Below, piece after piece: positions 41,301 to 50,974 of a stretch of 64,000 nucleotides of DNA. The stretch lies in contig CBDCJO010000002.1 in the NCBI GenBank assembly GCA_965217865.1, positions 5,472,001 to 5,536,000 of the forward strand, read 5' to 3'. Under the pieces are notes generated by a model. The model saw nothing but the letters and a program-made list of their open reading frames with translations, made no database searches and was not told where the DNA came from. A program made the position numbers and the translations under genes. This stretch comes from Candidatus Latescibacterota bacterium. GTDB taxonomy: Bacteria > Latescibacterota > UBA2968 > SICM01. Every line of letters starts with the position of its first letter. The stretch's first letter is position 1.

Positions 41301-42828
41301 TCAGCCCGTTGAAGAACTACCTTTCAACGCACATAGACGGAAAAGACGCCTGGAGTGCGGGTCAGATAAATCAAGGTAAGGAGATTGAGCAGGAGACGCT
41401 GATAAGAGGTTAAAAAGGTGACCGAGGGCAGCAAACGTGATTGTAGGACGAGCAGTAGACGCTGCAAGGCCTTGGCCAGGTCCTGGAGGGCCTTCGGAGT
41501 ACCTACGCCCATCACTTTGCGCATGAGCAGAGCCAGGTTGCAGCCCCCGATGTGGATCAGCAAACGCTTGAGGATATTGCCGCGGTCTCTCAAGTGCAAC
41601 CTGCGCATGCCACCGGTATCATATGTGTGAGCGATGGTTCTTTCCACCCGTTCTGCACGACTTCGGCGCAAGGCCTTGCCGCGATCTCCCTTGATCCGGC
41701 GTCGATTCGCATATACCGCGGCCTGCTCATCTCGTCGGCCGTTCCACTTGCGGCGTCCCCGATCCGGTTCTGAAATGTAACTCCGGATGCCGCCTTGCTT
41801 CAGACTGGTCAATACATCGTTGCTATGATATCCTTTGTCCGCAACCACCTCCCGTATACGCTGTCTGTGCAAACGTTTGGCAGCTTTTTCGTCCTTCGCG
41901 ACCTGCTTGAGATTGAGCGGCGCCTCGAGCAGCGTCCAGGGCAACGACTCGGTATCTCCTTCATCTGCTCCCGACAACGCCACTGCCACAATGGCATTGG
42001 TGTCCAGATCCACCGCGTGCTCCACCTTGTGCGCCATGTGCGTGCGACCGTCCTTCATCTTAGCGATCTTGGCATCCGGGTCGTGCGGGTGCTCCCAGTC
42101 CTGGTTCGATCCCTTCTTCGGTCGCTTCTTATCGATCTTGGACAAGTCCTCGCGGGTAGGCGTTTCAATGCCCGAGGCCTTGGCCAGATTCTCAAGGAAT
42201 GCCTGGTAGCCTTCACCCGTGTCACGGCGTACAATGCTGCGCATCGCGGCGTTGGCCTCCAGTGTCGTAGCATCCACGCCCAACGTCTTCCCCTTCACCA
42301 GACCCGCTTTGCACAAGACCCTCAGGATCCACTTGAAAACCGCTTCGTGAACTTCCAAGGGAAGCCGATGCCGGATGCGAGACAGGCTGGAATGATCCGG
42401 GGTCTGTTCGTCAAGGGCATACCCCAAAAACCGGCGCAACGTCAGCGAGTCAGATACACGCCATTCGATCCCACGTTCCGAATCAAGTCCCTCGAAATAC
42501 CCAATCAAAAGCATCCGAAAATAAACCCCGGGCGGAATGCCCTTGCGACCCATATGAGGAGCGTAATACCGCTGGCAAAGCCCCTCGACGAACTCGTCGA
42601 AGCCGTTCGCCCCCAATACCTGATTCAGCTTCTCGTAGAACGGATGACCCGGAGATTTCACCAAAGTGTTCGATGCGATGAACAGGTTTTCCTGTCTCTG
42701 TCGTCCTCGTTTTCCCATTGCCATTTGCTCGTCCTCCCTTCTCAGTTTGAACCTGATATATCATAGGACCAAACCACAAGGAAAGACAACAGTCATCTTG
42801 GCATAAACGCACTTTTTCAACAGGCTGA
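41301..42828 (-). mobile_element. IS1182/IS5-like insertion sequence
   Basis: IRs TCAGCCCGTTGAAGA / TCAGCCTGTTGAAAA (rc); TA flanks both ends. Confidence 0.85.
41324..42724 (-). CDS. DDE transposase (DUF772 + DDE_Tnp_1-like)
   Basis: SERGI, PDHSSLSR.R, VDATTLEANA, ADKGY, VER. Confidence 0.92.
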   Translation of the reverse strand: MAMGKRGRQRQENLFIASNTLVKSPGHPFYEKLNQVLGANGFDEFVEGLCQRYYAPHMGRKGIPPGVYFRMLLIGYFEGLDSERGIEWRVSDSLTLRRFLGYALDEQTPDHSSLSRIRHRLPLEVHEAVFKWILRVLCKAGLVKGKTLGVDATTLEANAAMRSIVRRDTGEGYQAFLENLAKASGIETPTREDLSKIDKKRPKKGSNQDWEHPHDPDAKIAKMKDGRTHMAHKVEHAVDLDTNAIVAVALSGADEGDTESLPWTLLEAPLNLKQVAKDEKAAKRLHRQRIREVVADKGYHSNDVLTSLKQGGIRSYISEPDRGRRKWNGRRDEQAAVYANRRRIKGDRGKALRRSRAERVERTIAHTYDTGGMRRLHLRDRGNILKRLLIHIGGCNLALLMRKVMGVGTPKALQDLAKALQRLLLVLQSRLLPSVTFLTSYQRLLLNLLTLIYLTRTPGVFSVYVR

Positions 42829-42979
42829 TAGGGGTCGCGAAGTGCAGCTCGAGTCCACGAGCAGAACTCGCGATCGGTCACAAACCCTACCACGTACCGT
42901 AGCTCCTACGAATCCAACGCAAAGCCCCTGGCAAACCTGCTACAGAACCCTCCGAGAGGCCCCAACCCGGGCCACCCGT

Positions 42980-43005
42980 CCTCCGTAGCAGAGCTACTGC
43001 GGAGG
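42980..43005. repeat. REP-like imperfect palindrome
   Basis: CCTCCG-TAGC-AGA-GCTA-CTG-CGGAGG. Confidence 0.5.
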
Positions 43006-43020
43006 GAGGATACCCGGACG

Positions 43021-43070
43021 CCGCTACCCTCGCATAGGTAGGAAAGACCCCGTTTATTCTTCCTATCCGT
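43021..43070 (+). repeat. IS91/ISCR oriIS-like end, copy 1
   Basis: CCGCTACCCTCGC...CGTTTATTCTTCCTATCCGT, repeated at 44471. Confidence 0.7.
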
Positions 43071-43219
43071 TCTCCGCGCAATTCGTATCGGCAAGGCGAA
43101 AGCGGTGAGATGATCAGCTTTGCGAATCAGTACCTCAGGATGTGGTAATACGGCCACCCTGACCGCCTGGCCATCTCGGGCCGGACCAGATGAGCGTAGG
43201 GGAGCGTCCTAAGCCCGGC

Positions 43220-44377
43220 TCACTGCCAGAGCTTCTCCGTCGCCAGTTGTGCGCCCTCTGCCATGGCCTGGAACTTGGCCCACACGATGCTCGGATGCAC
43301 CTCGGTGTTGTACGTGGCCTGCGTGGAGAAGCCGCAATCGGAACTGGCGATCACGTTCTCCCTGCCCACCCGTTCGGCGTACCGAGTGATGCGCTCACAG
43401 ATGAGCTCGGGGTGTTCGACGATGTTGCTCACGTGCGCGACGACCCCAGGGATCAGCAGCTTGCCCTCCGGCAGCTTCACGTCTTCCCAGATGTGGTACT
43501 CGTGCTCGTGGCGCGGGTTGGCGGCCTCGAACGAATAGGCGCCGGCATTCACTTTCAGCATGACCTCCAAGATGTCCTTCAGCGGCGTGTCGTGGATACG
43601 CGGCCCTTCATTGATCCCGTAGCACGTGTGCAAGCGCACCTTCTCGGGGGGTATGTCTCGGAGGCCGGCGTTGAGCGCCTCGACAAACGTCTCGACCTTC
43701 TTCCGTCGCTCGGCCGCGCTCAGTGTGCCGTCACCGTGCACGACCGTGAGCCAGGGGTCGTCGATCTGAACGATGAAGCCCGCGTCGATGATCGCCTTGT
43801 ACTCGGTATGCATGGCCTCGGCGACTGCATGGAGGTACTCCTCTTCTGTCGGGTAGTACTCGTTGCCGCCCGCGCCGCTCGGCGCCACGGCGGGCATGAA
43901 CACATCCTCCGTGTCCACCCCCTGAACGGCGGCCTTCAGGTTTTCAATATCGCGGCGCACGGCGTCGTGACCTCGATAGCTGACGGGACCCGTGCACATC
44001 ATCGGGTCTATCTGAGCGACAGCCCCCCCGTGCATGCGCTGGCCGAAATACTGTTCGTAATATTCCGGGAAGGCCGCAACTTCATCTGCGAATTGAGCTG
44101 GGTCCACAGCGCCCGGCCTCGCTTCGAAACCGGCCAATCGCTCACTCACGTACGTCGAGAACCCGAGCTTGCCCTGCTCGCCGTCGGTGGGTATGTCGAT
44201 GCCGCATTCGACCTGCTTGCGGACGATCTCAGCGACAGCGGTCTCGACCCTCCCGGTGTAGCCATCGTCGTCGAAGGACCCAGCGTCCACCTTTGCCTTC
44301 ATCAGATCGAGCAGATTCCTGGGGCGCGGCAGGCTGCCGACGTGGGTGGTCAGAATGCGATCAGTACTACGCTTCAT
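43220..44377 (-). CDS. Cobalamin-independent methionine synthase II-family protein
   Basis: ILTTHVGSLPRP, DGE, QIDDP, H.CYG...GP, DCGF. Confidence 0.9.
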   Translation of the reverse strand: MKRSTDRILTTHVGSLPRPRNLLDLMKAKVDAGSFDDDGYTGRVETAVAEIVRKQVECGIDIPTDGEQGKLGFSTYVSERLAGFEARPGAVDPAQFADEVAAFPEYYEQYFGQRMHGGAVAQIDPMMCTGPVSYRGHDAVRRDIENLKAAVQGVDTEDVFMPAVAPSGAGGNEYYPTEEEYLHAVAEAMHTEYKAIIDAGFIVQIDDPWLTVVHGDGTLSAAERRKKVETFVEALNAGLRDIPPEKVRLHTCYGINEGPRIHDTPLKDILEVMLKVNAGAYSFEAANPRHEHEYHIWEDVKLPEGKLLIPGVVAHVSNIVEHPELICERITRYAERVGRENVIASSDCGFSTQATYNTEVHPSIVWAKFQAMAEGAQLATEKLWQ

Positions 44378-44394
44378 GTTTCAGTCTCCTGCTG

Positions 44395-44519
44395 GCCCCC
44401 TTTTGTCCCGCCGCCTCGTCTCAACCTTTTCCGTTACCACGGCGTCCTCGCGCCGAATGCCGCCGCCCGCCCGCTACCCTCGCGCAGGTAGGAAGGACCC
44501 GTTTATTCTTCCTATCCGT
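44395..44519 (+). mobile_element. Internally deleted IS91-family remnant: transposase C-terminal motif + oriIS-like end, copy 2
   Basis: Encodes FVPPPRLNLFRYHGVLAPNA and runs directly into the 49-bp repeat. Confidence 0.7.
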
Positions 44520-44603
44520 ACAAAGGCGAAAACTATGTCGACAATCACCGCTTCGTTGGCGCTGTGCGCGCTTCCGTCAGGTGGCTCCGCTGTGGTCCAA
44601 ACG

Positions 44604-45667
44604 TTACTTCTCCACCTTGATACTGACACCCACGATGCTATTGAAGCGCGATTCCAGCCATCCGAAGGCCTGATCGTCATAGACGTAGAGCAACTCTCGT
44701 TGGGGCGAATCTCCAGCAGGCCTGTGTAGCCCGTGCTCGGTCCGTGGAAGATCCGCGTCGGGTCCGACCAATTCCGCCCACCGTCTTCGCTGAAAAAGAC
44801 CTGGTCGCCGATGCCTGGCCGCCGCGGCGCCAGGCGGCCGGAACTGCAGGCCACGACACCGTTGGCTAGGAGGCACAGCTTGGGTTTGACGCCGCAGGCC
44901 TCCATACGCTGGAGCTCCCAGGACTCCCCGTCGTCCATCGACTTCGCCTGGTACATTGGCTGGCCTCCACCGGTGCGGATCACCGACAGCAGGACGCCGT
45001 CGGGCAGGCGGATCAGATCCGCCTCGGAGAAGTGCGTCTTCCACTTCTGGGGGTCCCCGATAGTGGTAACGTAGTCCCAGCAGCCCGACGCCTCGGTGTA
45101 GCGAAGCAGGCACAGCCGCCAGCACTCGTCGCCTACGAACTTGGTCGTCACCTGCAGCAGCAAGCTGCTCCCGTCGGCAGACTCGATCAGACCGCCATGG
45201 GGAAACACATAGCGCCTGGTTCTGATGGGCCCTTCCTCCGATAGTCTCAGGACACCCTCGGGCAGGCGAACGGGCACGATCTGAGGCTCGTCCCAGTTGA
45301 TGCCGTCTTGCGATAGCATCTGGAGGACATAAAGTTCACCGGAATCCTTCATGTACGCGCCAGTCATCCCCATCAGAGTGCCGTCGCTGAGCTGATAGCG
45401 AGGCGACTCCCCGCTGAATCCGCCAAGGTTGGTGCCCAACAGGATCCAGTTAGTCCCGTCATCGATGCTCTTGAGCAGGCAGTGCGGCTCGCCTTCAGCC
45501 AGATCCGCAGGATTCCCGGCAGTGTCTGGGCAAAGGGAGAAGCCCAGCACGACGCCCCCCTCGTTCAGCCGAAAGAGCATGGTCGAGTACCAGTGGTGGC
45601 GACGGGGATGACACTGGCTGATTACGACCTTCTCGCCTATGGTGACGTTCAAATTCGACGTTGCCAT
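44604..45667 (-). pseudogene. BNR/Asp-box sialidase-family protein with a 3' frameshift
   Basis: Asp boxes, STGYTGLLEIRPN; natural tail ELLYVYD...IKVEK is in another frame (shift near 44695). Confidence 0.7.
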
Positions 45668-45848
45668 GGTTGTCTCCTTTCGGTTATTCGCTGACCAACC
45701 ATTAACGCCGGGTAACTCTTTATGAGTTCATCCCTGGCCCCCATGGCCTCCACCGATTTCCTGCGTCACCTTTGCGACACCGAGCAGTCTATGCAAATGG
45801 GCCCCCGGCTGGGAGCCCTTGCATTTTGTTGTTAAACAATGTATTATA

Positions 45849-45925
45849 TGGCGGCCCTGGCGCGACTCGAACACGCGACCAACGGTTTAGGAAACCGCTG
45901 CTCTATCCATCTGAGCTACAGGGCC
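45849..45925 (-). tRNA. tRNA-Arg(CCT)
   Basis: GGCCCTGTAGCTCAG...GCGGT-TTCCTAA-ACCGT...GTTCGAGTC...CAGGGCCGCCA. Confidence 0.95.
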
Positions 45926-45983
45926 GCAGGAAATTCGTTGGAGGAATGTAACGATCCTCCCAACTCCAGGCAAGCGGGATTTC

Positions 45984-47801
45984 ATGAAAGCCTCCACTGA
46001 GATCGGCATGAATTGGGACCTGACCAGCTACTTCCCGGAATTTAACGGACCTGAGATGATCAAGTTCAAGACATCCCTTCAGAGCGACATGGCCTCCCTT
46101 AAGGAGAAATCGAGCGGTCTTCGACCTCTGGACGACCGGAACCAGGACGAATGGGAGGCCGTCTTCCTGATGTCTGAGGACATTCTAAAGCGGGTGAGCC
46201 ACTTGAGTTCCTATGTCGGCTGCCTGTCCGCTGCGGACGCGCGCAACGAGGCCTATCTCCGAGCCGAGTCCGAAATGGCCTCGATGGAAGCCGAACTTTC
46301 AAAACTCACGATACAGTTGATTCGGGCGATAAAAGAAGTCCCTGATGAGGTGTTTTCCAGATTTATCGGACGGGTGGCTTTTGAGGGAGCTCGTTACACC
46401 CTGGGCCGTCTGCGGGAAGAGTCCATCCGCACCATGGCCCCAGAAATGGAAGAACTCGCGGCCGAACTGGGCGTAGATGGAATCAACGCATGGGGCCGGA
46501 TCTACGACAACATATCCGGTAAACTGGAATTCGAAATGAAATTTCCGGACGGAACCAGTAAGCGCCTTCCAATATCCCAGCGCCGCTCACTCATGGAGAA
46601 CCCGGATCGACGGGTCAGGCGTGCGGCTTTCGTGGGAGGAAACGCTGCCTGGGAAACCGTTGAAGATGTTGCGGCCGCAGCGCTCAACGCCATTTCAGGA
46701 ACCCGGCTAACCCTCCAGCGCCGCCGGGGTGTGGAACACTTCATGGAAACCGCACTTTTCCAGGCCGCGATCAAACCCCGTACCCTGGGAGCCATGTTCG
46801 AGGCGATATTTGCGGAGCCTGAACTCCCCCGGCGCATCCTCCGGCTCAAAGCCGGGATGATGGATTCCAAAGCCGTTTCATGGTACGATCTGGGTGCACC
46901 CCTCCCCCTCCCGGATCAGGAGCCGGTCTCGTGGGAAAAAGGCAAGACCCTCGTACTGACCGCTTTCCAAAAGGCCCATCCTTCGCTGGGGGAATTCATC
47001 CAGATGATGTTCGACCGGAATTGGATCGAGTGGGAACCTCGGGCGGGTAAACGACCCGGAGGGTTCTGTACGAGTTCCCTCCTGATCGGAGAGTCGCGTA
47101 TTTTTATGACGTTCAACGGGACCCTGGGCGACGTAATGACCCTCGCCCACGAGGCAGGCCACGCGTTCCACAGTTACGTGATGCGAACCCTCCGCCCCTT
47201 TGAGAGTCAATGTCCCATGACCCTGGCGGAATCCGCTTCGACAATCGGCGAAATGATCCTTATCGAGGGAATCACCGGCGAGCCTTCGATCAACGATGAG
47301 CAAAAGGCCATGATCCTGGACGTGTCGGTGGGACATGGCGCCATCTATCTGATGGACATTCCGGTGCGATATCAATTCGAAAAAGTCTTGTACGGTGAAC
47401 GATCGAAAGGCGAAATCAGCGTCAGCAGGCTAAAAGAAATGATGGTCGAGACACAGCGCAGAATTTTCGGGGATCTCCTCGAGAATGGAGGCGAAGATCC
47501 CTATTTTTGGGCTTCCAAGCTGCACTTCTATATCACAGGGCTTATGTTTTACAACTTTCCTTACACATTCGGCTACCTGCTTAGCCGAGGCCTTTTCGCC
47601 GAGTTCAAGAAAAAGGGGCCGGAATTCTTGCCTGAGTTTGAGGCCTTCCTTCGTCTCTCCGGGAGCGAATCACCCGAGGATGTAGCCAGGGAGACGATCG
47701 GTTGCAACCTGGAATCCCCTGAATTCTGGACTGACGCCATAAAAACCCTGGAAAGGCCCCTTGAGCGCCTCGAGGAACTTTTACCAAAAGTCCTGCCATA
47801 G
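45984..47801 (+). CDS. pepF: M3 oligoendopeptidase F
   Basis: GKRPGGFC, LAHEAGHAFH, LAE.AS, FYNFPYTFG. Confidence 0.9.
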   Translation: MKASTEIGMNWDLTSYFPEFNGPEMIKFKTSLQSDMASLKEKSSGLRPLDDRNQDEWEAVFLMSEDILKRVSHLSSYVGCLSAADARNEAYLRAESEMASMEAELSKLTIQLIRAIKEVPDEVFSRFIGRVAFEGARYTLGRLREESIRTMAPEMEELAAELGVDGINAWGRIYDNISGKLEFEMKFPDGTSKRLPISQRRSLMENPDRRVRRAAFVGGNAAWETVEDVAAAALNAISGTRLTLQRRRGVEHFMETALFQAAIKPRTLGAMFEAIFAEPELPRRILRLKAGMMDSKAVSWYDLGAPLPLPDQEPVSWEKGKTLVLTAFQKAHPSLGEFIQMMFDRNWIEWEPRAGKRPGGFCTSSLLIGESRIFMTFNGTLGDVMTLAHEAGHAFHSYVMRTLRPFESQCPMTLAESASTIGEMILIEGITGEPSINDEQKAMILDVSVGHGAIYLMDIPVRYQFEKVLYGERSKGEISVSRLKEMMVETQRRIFGDLLENGGEDPYFWASKLHFYITGLMFYNFPYTFGYLLSRGLFAEFKKKGPEFLPEFEAFLRLSGSESPEDVARETIGCNLESPEFWTDAIKTLERPLERLEELLPKVLP

Positions 47802-48275
47802 CCTTTCCATCCAAGATCAAATAACTCCTGCTCATATGAGCTCTAATGCCTTTATTTCTAAAGCTATTAGCTTTTCTGTCGATATTAATAATGAACACCT
47901 TTATCAAAGGCGGTGATCCACGTGTTAGATCCGATTAAGACAATCGTGAACCCCACAAATGAGCGATCTCCAGATCGTAAGCTTCCCAAGCAACAAAAGA
48001 AAAGAAAGACCGCCCGGCAAAACCACCCGCATCTCCAGCTGGAAGCCACAGGGGAGCAGATCGATTTTACAGCATGACATGCCGCTGGATCACCAACCCC
48101 TCGTTCCACCGCTTTCCTGACACCGTTTTTCCCCCGGATCTCTTCGTTTCTTCTTAATAATTTCCCCACTAATCCACATCAACCCATCCCTCCAAAGAGC
48201 CAATTCGACGTTGGAAGTCCTATCCGCATTCGGTATATTGCAAAGCAAAATTTAGATACCAGAGGAGCGAAGTTT

Positions 48276-49088
48276 ATGGCCCGGACTTTAATCTTTCAGT
48301 TTTTTTCCCAGTTGGCCGTTGGTGGGGTCTGGACACTCCTTCTCGTACCGCTTCGAGAGGCCGGACATGGATTCTTCCGTTTCTGTGGAATCCTGATCGC
48401 TTCTTTCCTGACCATCTCCCTGTGGGCCGGTCCTTACACGGTGCACGGTATGTTGTCACACCGGCTTCAATTCCTGACGGTCGTGCTTTTTGTCCTCTCT
48501 GTACCGGCTATACTCATCCACGTGTGGACATGCGTGTCTGATCGCCCTCCGTGGGACAGGCGGTTTCTTTTTGCAACCGCGCTTTTGGGGTCGGCCGCCC
48601 TTGTGACGGACGGTCTCCTTCACACAACGCTATATAGCCATCCGTGGTGGGCGACAATCCTTTTCCCAACCTCCTTTCTTGCTTCTGCCTGTTTTCTTGG
48701 CTCCGTCTGTTTTACAATGATATTAGGACACTGGTATCTCATTTCTCCCGCCCTGTCGATCCAACCGCTCAGGCGGGCAACGAGGCTGATTCTAATCTCC
48801 CTTGGGGTTAAGGCGATACTGCTTGTAATTGGGTTATATCTATATGGTTTCGTTTCCGATCAAGGTCGTGGCACCGATATCCTCCTGGGAAGCGGGGCGT
48901 TTTTCGTCTGGGCGCGTGTCCTTTTCGGATTGGTCGGCCCAGCAATAATCGGCGCAATGATCTGGTCAACTGTAAAAATTCATTCCACTCAATCTGCGAC
49001 CGGACTTCTTTACGTGGCCACCGTCCTTGTCCTGATGGGAGAGCTTCTCGCCAGGTATATCTTCTTCTCGACTTCGGTGCCGATTTGA
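48276..49088 (+). CDS. Multi-pass membrane protein
   Basis: Several TM segments; MILGHWYL and QSATGLLY motifs. Confidence 0.75.
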   Translation: MARTLIFQFFSQLAVGGVWTLLLVPLREAGHGFFRFCGILIASFLTISLWAGPYTVHGMLSHRLQFLTVVLFVLSVPAILIHVWTCVSDRPPWDRRFLFATALLGSAALVTDGLLHTTLYSHPWWATILFPTSFLASACFLGSVCFTMILGHWYLISPALSIQPLRRATRLILISLGVKAILLVIGLYLYGFVSDQGRGTDILLGSGAFFVWARVLFGLVGPAIIGAMIWSTVKIHSTQSATGLLYVATVLVLMGELLARYIFFSTSVPI

Positions 49089-49202
49089 TGAAAGTCCTTT
49101 GTCGGTCGTGCGGGATCCCGAGTCCCAGGCCAAAAACGGATCTCATGGATTAAGGGGTTCCTGAAACCTGTATTCCCATGGGGGTGATGTGGGTAGGCGT
49201 AA

Positions 49203-49661
49203 ATGCTAATCCGATTCCGATGTCCTGAATGTTCAACCGCCCTTGAGATCGAACCGACTCAAGGTGGCGTTGTGGAGAAACCCTGCCCGTCCTGCGCAAA
49301 AAATAATCGCCTCGACTTCACCGAAGCGATCCATGGTCGGCAGGTCATCGACCGTTGTCCCCTTTGCGGATGCCTTCATCTTTATGTACAGAAAGATTTC
49401 AATCAGAAAATCGGTCTCGGAATCGTTATTCTAGCCGGAACTATCGGTTTGATCTTCGTTGCCATGGACCGGCCTATAGGCTTTTACTTATCCCTCCTTA
49501 CGGCTGTGGTCGTCGATGCCCTGCTCTACTGGCTCCTCCCGAAGATCACCATCTGTTACAGATGTAAAACTGAATTCCGGGACTTCAACGCGAACCCCGA
49601 ACACGGACCTTTCGACCTCAAAGTCGCAGATGTATACGACAGAAAAGAAAAAGGTAGGTAG
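49203..49661 (+). CDS. Zn-ribbon membrane protein
   Basis: Four CxxC pairs, QKDFNQ, 2 TM. Confidence 0.75.
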   Translation: MLIRFRCPECSTALEIEPTQGGVVEKPCPSCAKNNRLDFTEAIHGRQVIDRCPLCGCLHLYVQKDFNQKIGLGIVILAGTIGLIFVAMDRPIGFYLSLLTAVVVDALLYWLLPKITICYRCKTEFRDFNANPEHGPFDLKVADVYDRKEKGR

Positions 49662-49711
49662 CGGAATCATCCCGCTCCCTACCTTCATTCGCAGCTAATG
49701 TTGATTCAGTC

Positions 49712-49999
49712 CTATTCGATCCCCAGCTCGTCGTTGGCTTCCGAAGCTGAGTAATATCGGATGCCTTTTAGAAGCAGGCGTTCCCTTGCCCGATTCGCCC
49801 TTTTTCCTCCACCCCTCACCTGGGATAAGAGCCGGCGGGTTTCTTCCAGATCCCTGTTCACATACCCTGTTTTGACGAAACGGCCTCCCTTTTTAGGACT
49901 CTCGATCCGGAAATAATTGAAAAGTGCGTAGAGTGTTTCGGTAGATGTATTCAGGGTTTTTGTCAGATCCGCGAGACGCATCTTTGTCCGGCGATCCAA
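49712..49999 (-). CDS. Basic hypothetical protein (frame stays open to about 50095)
   Basis: ORF track; possible HTH-like segment. Confidence 0.45.
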   Translation of the reverse strand: MDRRTKMRLADLTKTLNTSTETLYALFNYFRIESPKKGGRFVKTGYVNRDLEETRRLLSQVRGGGKRANRARERLLLKGIRYYSASEANDELGIE

Positions 50000-50211
50000 C
50001 AGCCACTGTTCCGGCGGGCGCTTTTCAGGGTTTAAGGATTTGTCTTCTTTAATCTTACGTATAATTTCGCGTTGCCGTTGCGTCAGGGTTTTCAGGTTTC
50101 TCCCCCCTTTCTGGGTTCGAAATAACGCTTCGTTCTCCCCTCACCTCCCATATTGAGACTTATGAATTCCTTCTCGGTTTCTAGCAAAACAATACCAGCC
50201 CGTTGACTCTT

Positions 50212-50790
50212 CTAAAATCTTTCCCTCCTCAGGCTGATGAGGTTCATAAACTCCTCGCGAACACCCTTATCCTCGAAGCAACCGCGAATCCCAGAAGTAA
50301 CAGTAAGAGCTCCGGGTTTCTCCACCCCGCGCATCTCCATACAGAGGTGCTGAGCTTCGACGACCACCATGACCCCTTTCGGACTGATCTTGGATACGAT
50401 GAACTCGATGACCTGATCCGTAAACTGCTCTTGAATTTGAGGCCTCTTTGCAAAAAACTCGACGATCCGAGCAAGCTTGGAAAGGCCGATGATCTGTTCG
50501 TCAGGAATATAGCCCAGGTGCACCCGACCAAAAAAAGGGATCAAATGATGAGAGCAAACCGAGAAGAATGGAATGTCCTTCACGGTAATCATATTGCTGT
50601 ATCGCTGATCATTCGGAAAAGTTTTTATCTCGGGTTCACTATCTTTTTCGAGTCCTCCGAAGATTTCGAGGTACATCCTGGCCACACGTTCCGGCGTTTC
50701 GGTGAAGTTCGGATCCCGCAAATCCAGGCCGAGCACCTTCATGACCTCGGTGATGTGGAATTTGATCCGATCAACCTTGTCTTCAGACAT
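50212..50790 (-). CDS. folE: GTP cyclohydrolase I
   Basis: ETPERVA, S.CSHH..PF.G, GLSKLAR, QIQE, HLCM.MRG. Confidence 0.95.
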   Translation of the reverse strand: MSEDKVDRIKFHITEVMKVLGLDLRDPNFTETPERVARMYLEIFGGLEKDSEPEIKTFPNDQRYSNMITVKDIPFFSVCSHHLIPFFGRVHLGYIPDEQIIGLSKLARIVEFFAKRPQIQEQFTDQVIEFIVSKISPKGVMVVVEAQHLCMEMRGVEKPGALTVTSGIRGCFEDKGVREEFMNLISLRRERF

Positions 50791-50974
50791 GTGTTATTTT
50801 CTGGCTTTCATTAGAGATGGCAAAAACGTAATGATTCCGTATATAAAAAATCCATCAATTGCCGGTATCAGCTAAGGGGCACACTCCACAACTGCCACCG
50901 ATCGCTGATAGTTGGCCTGATGGAATTCCGAATGGCTTGCGTCCTGTACAAAGCGAATAATGAATTCTCGAGTA

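Noticed and set aside
43190-44491. 433-aa plus-strand ORF
   Set aside because: Antisense shadow of the MetE-like gene; only its last about 25 codons (IS91 scrap) are meaningful
40608-45848. Intact integrative element or prophage at tRNA-Arg
   Set aside because: No integrase, no att duplication and no phage genes; only remnants
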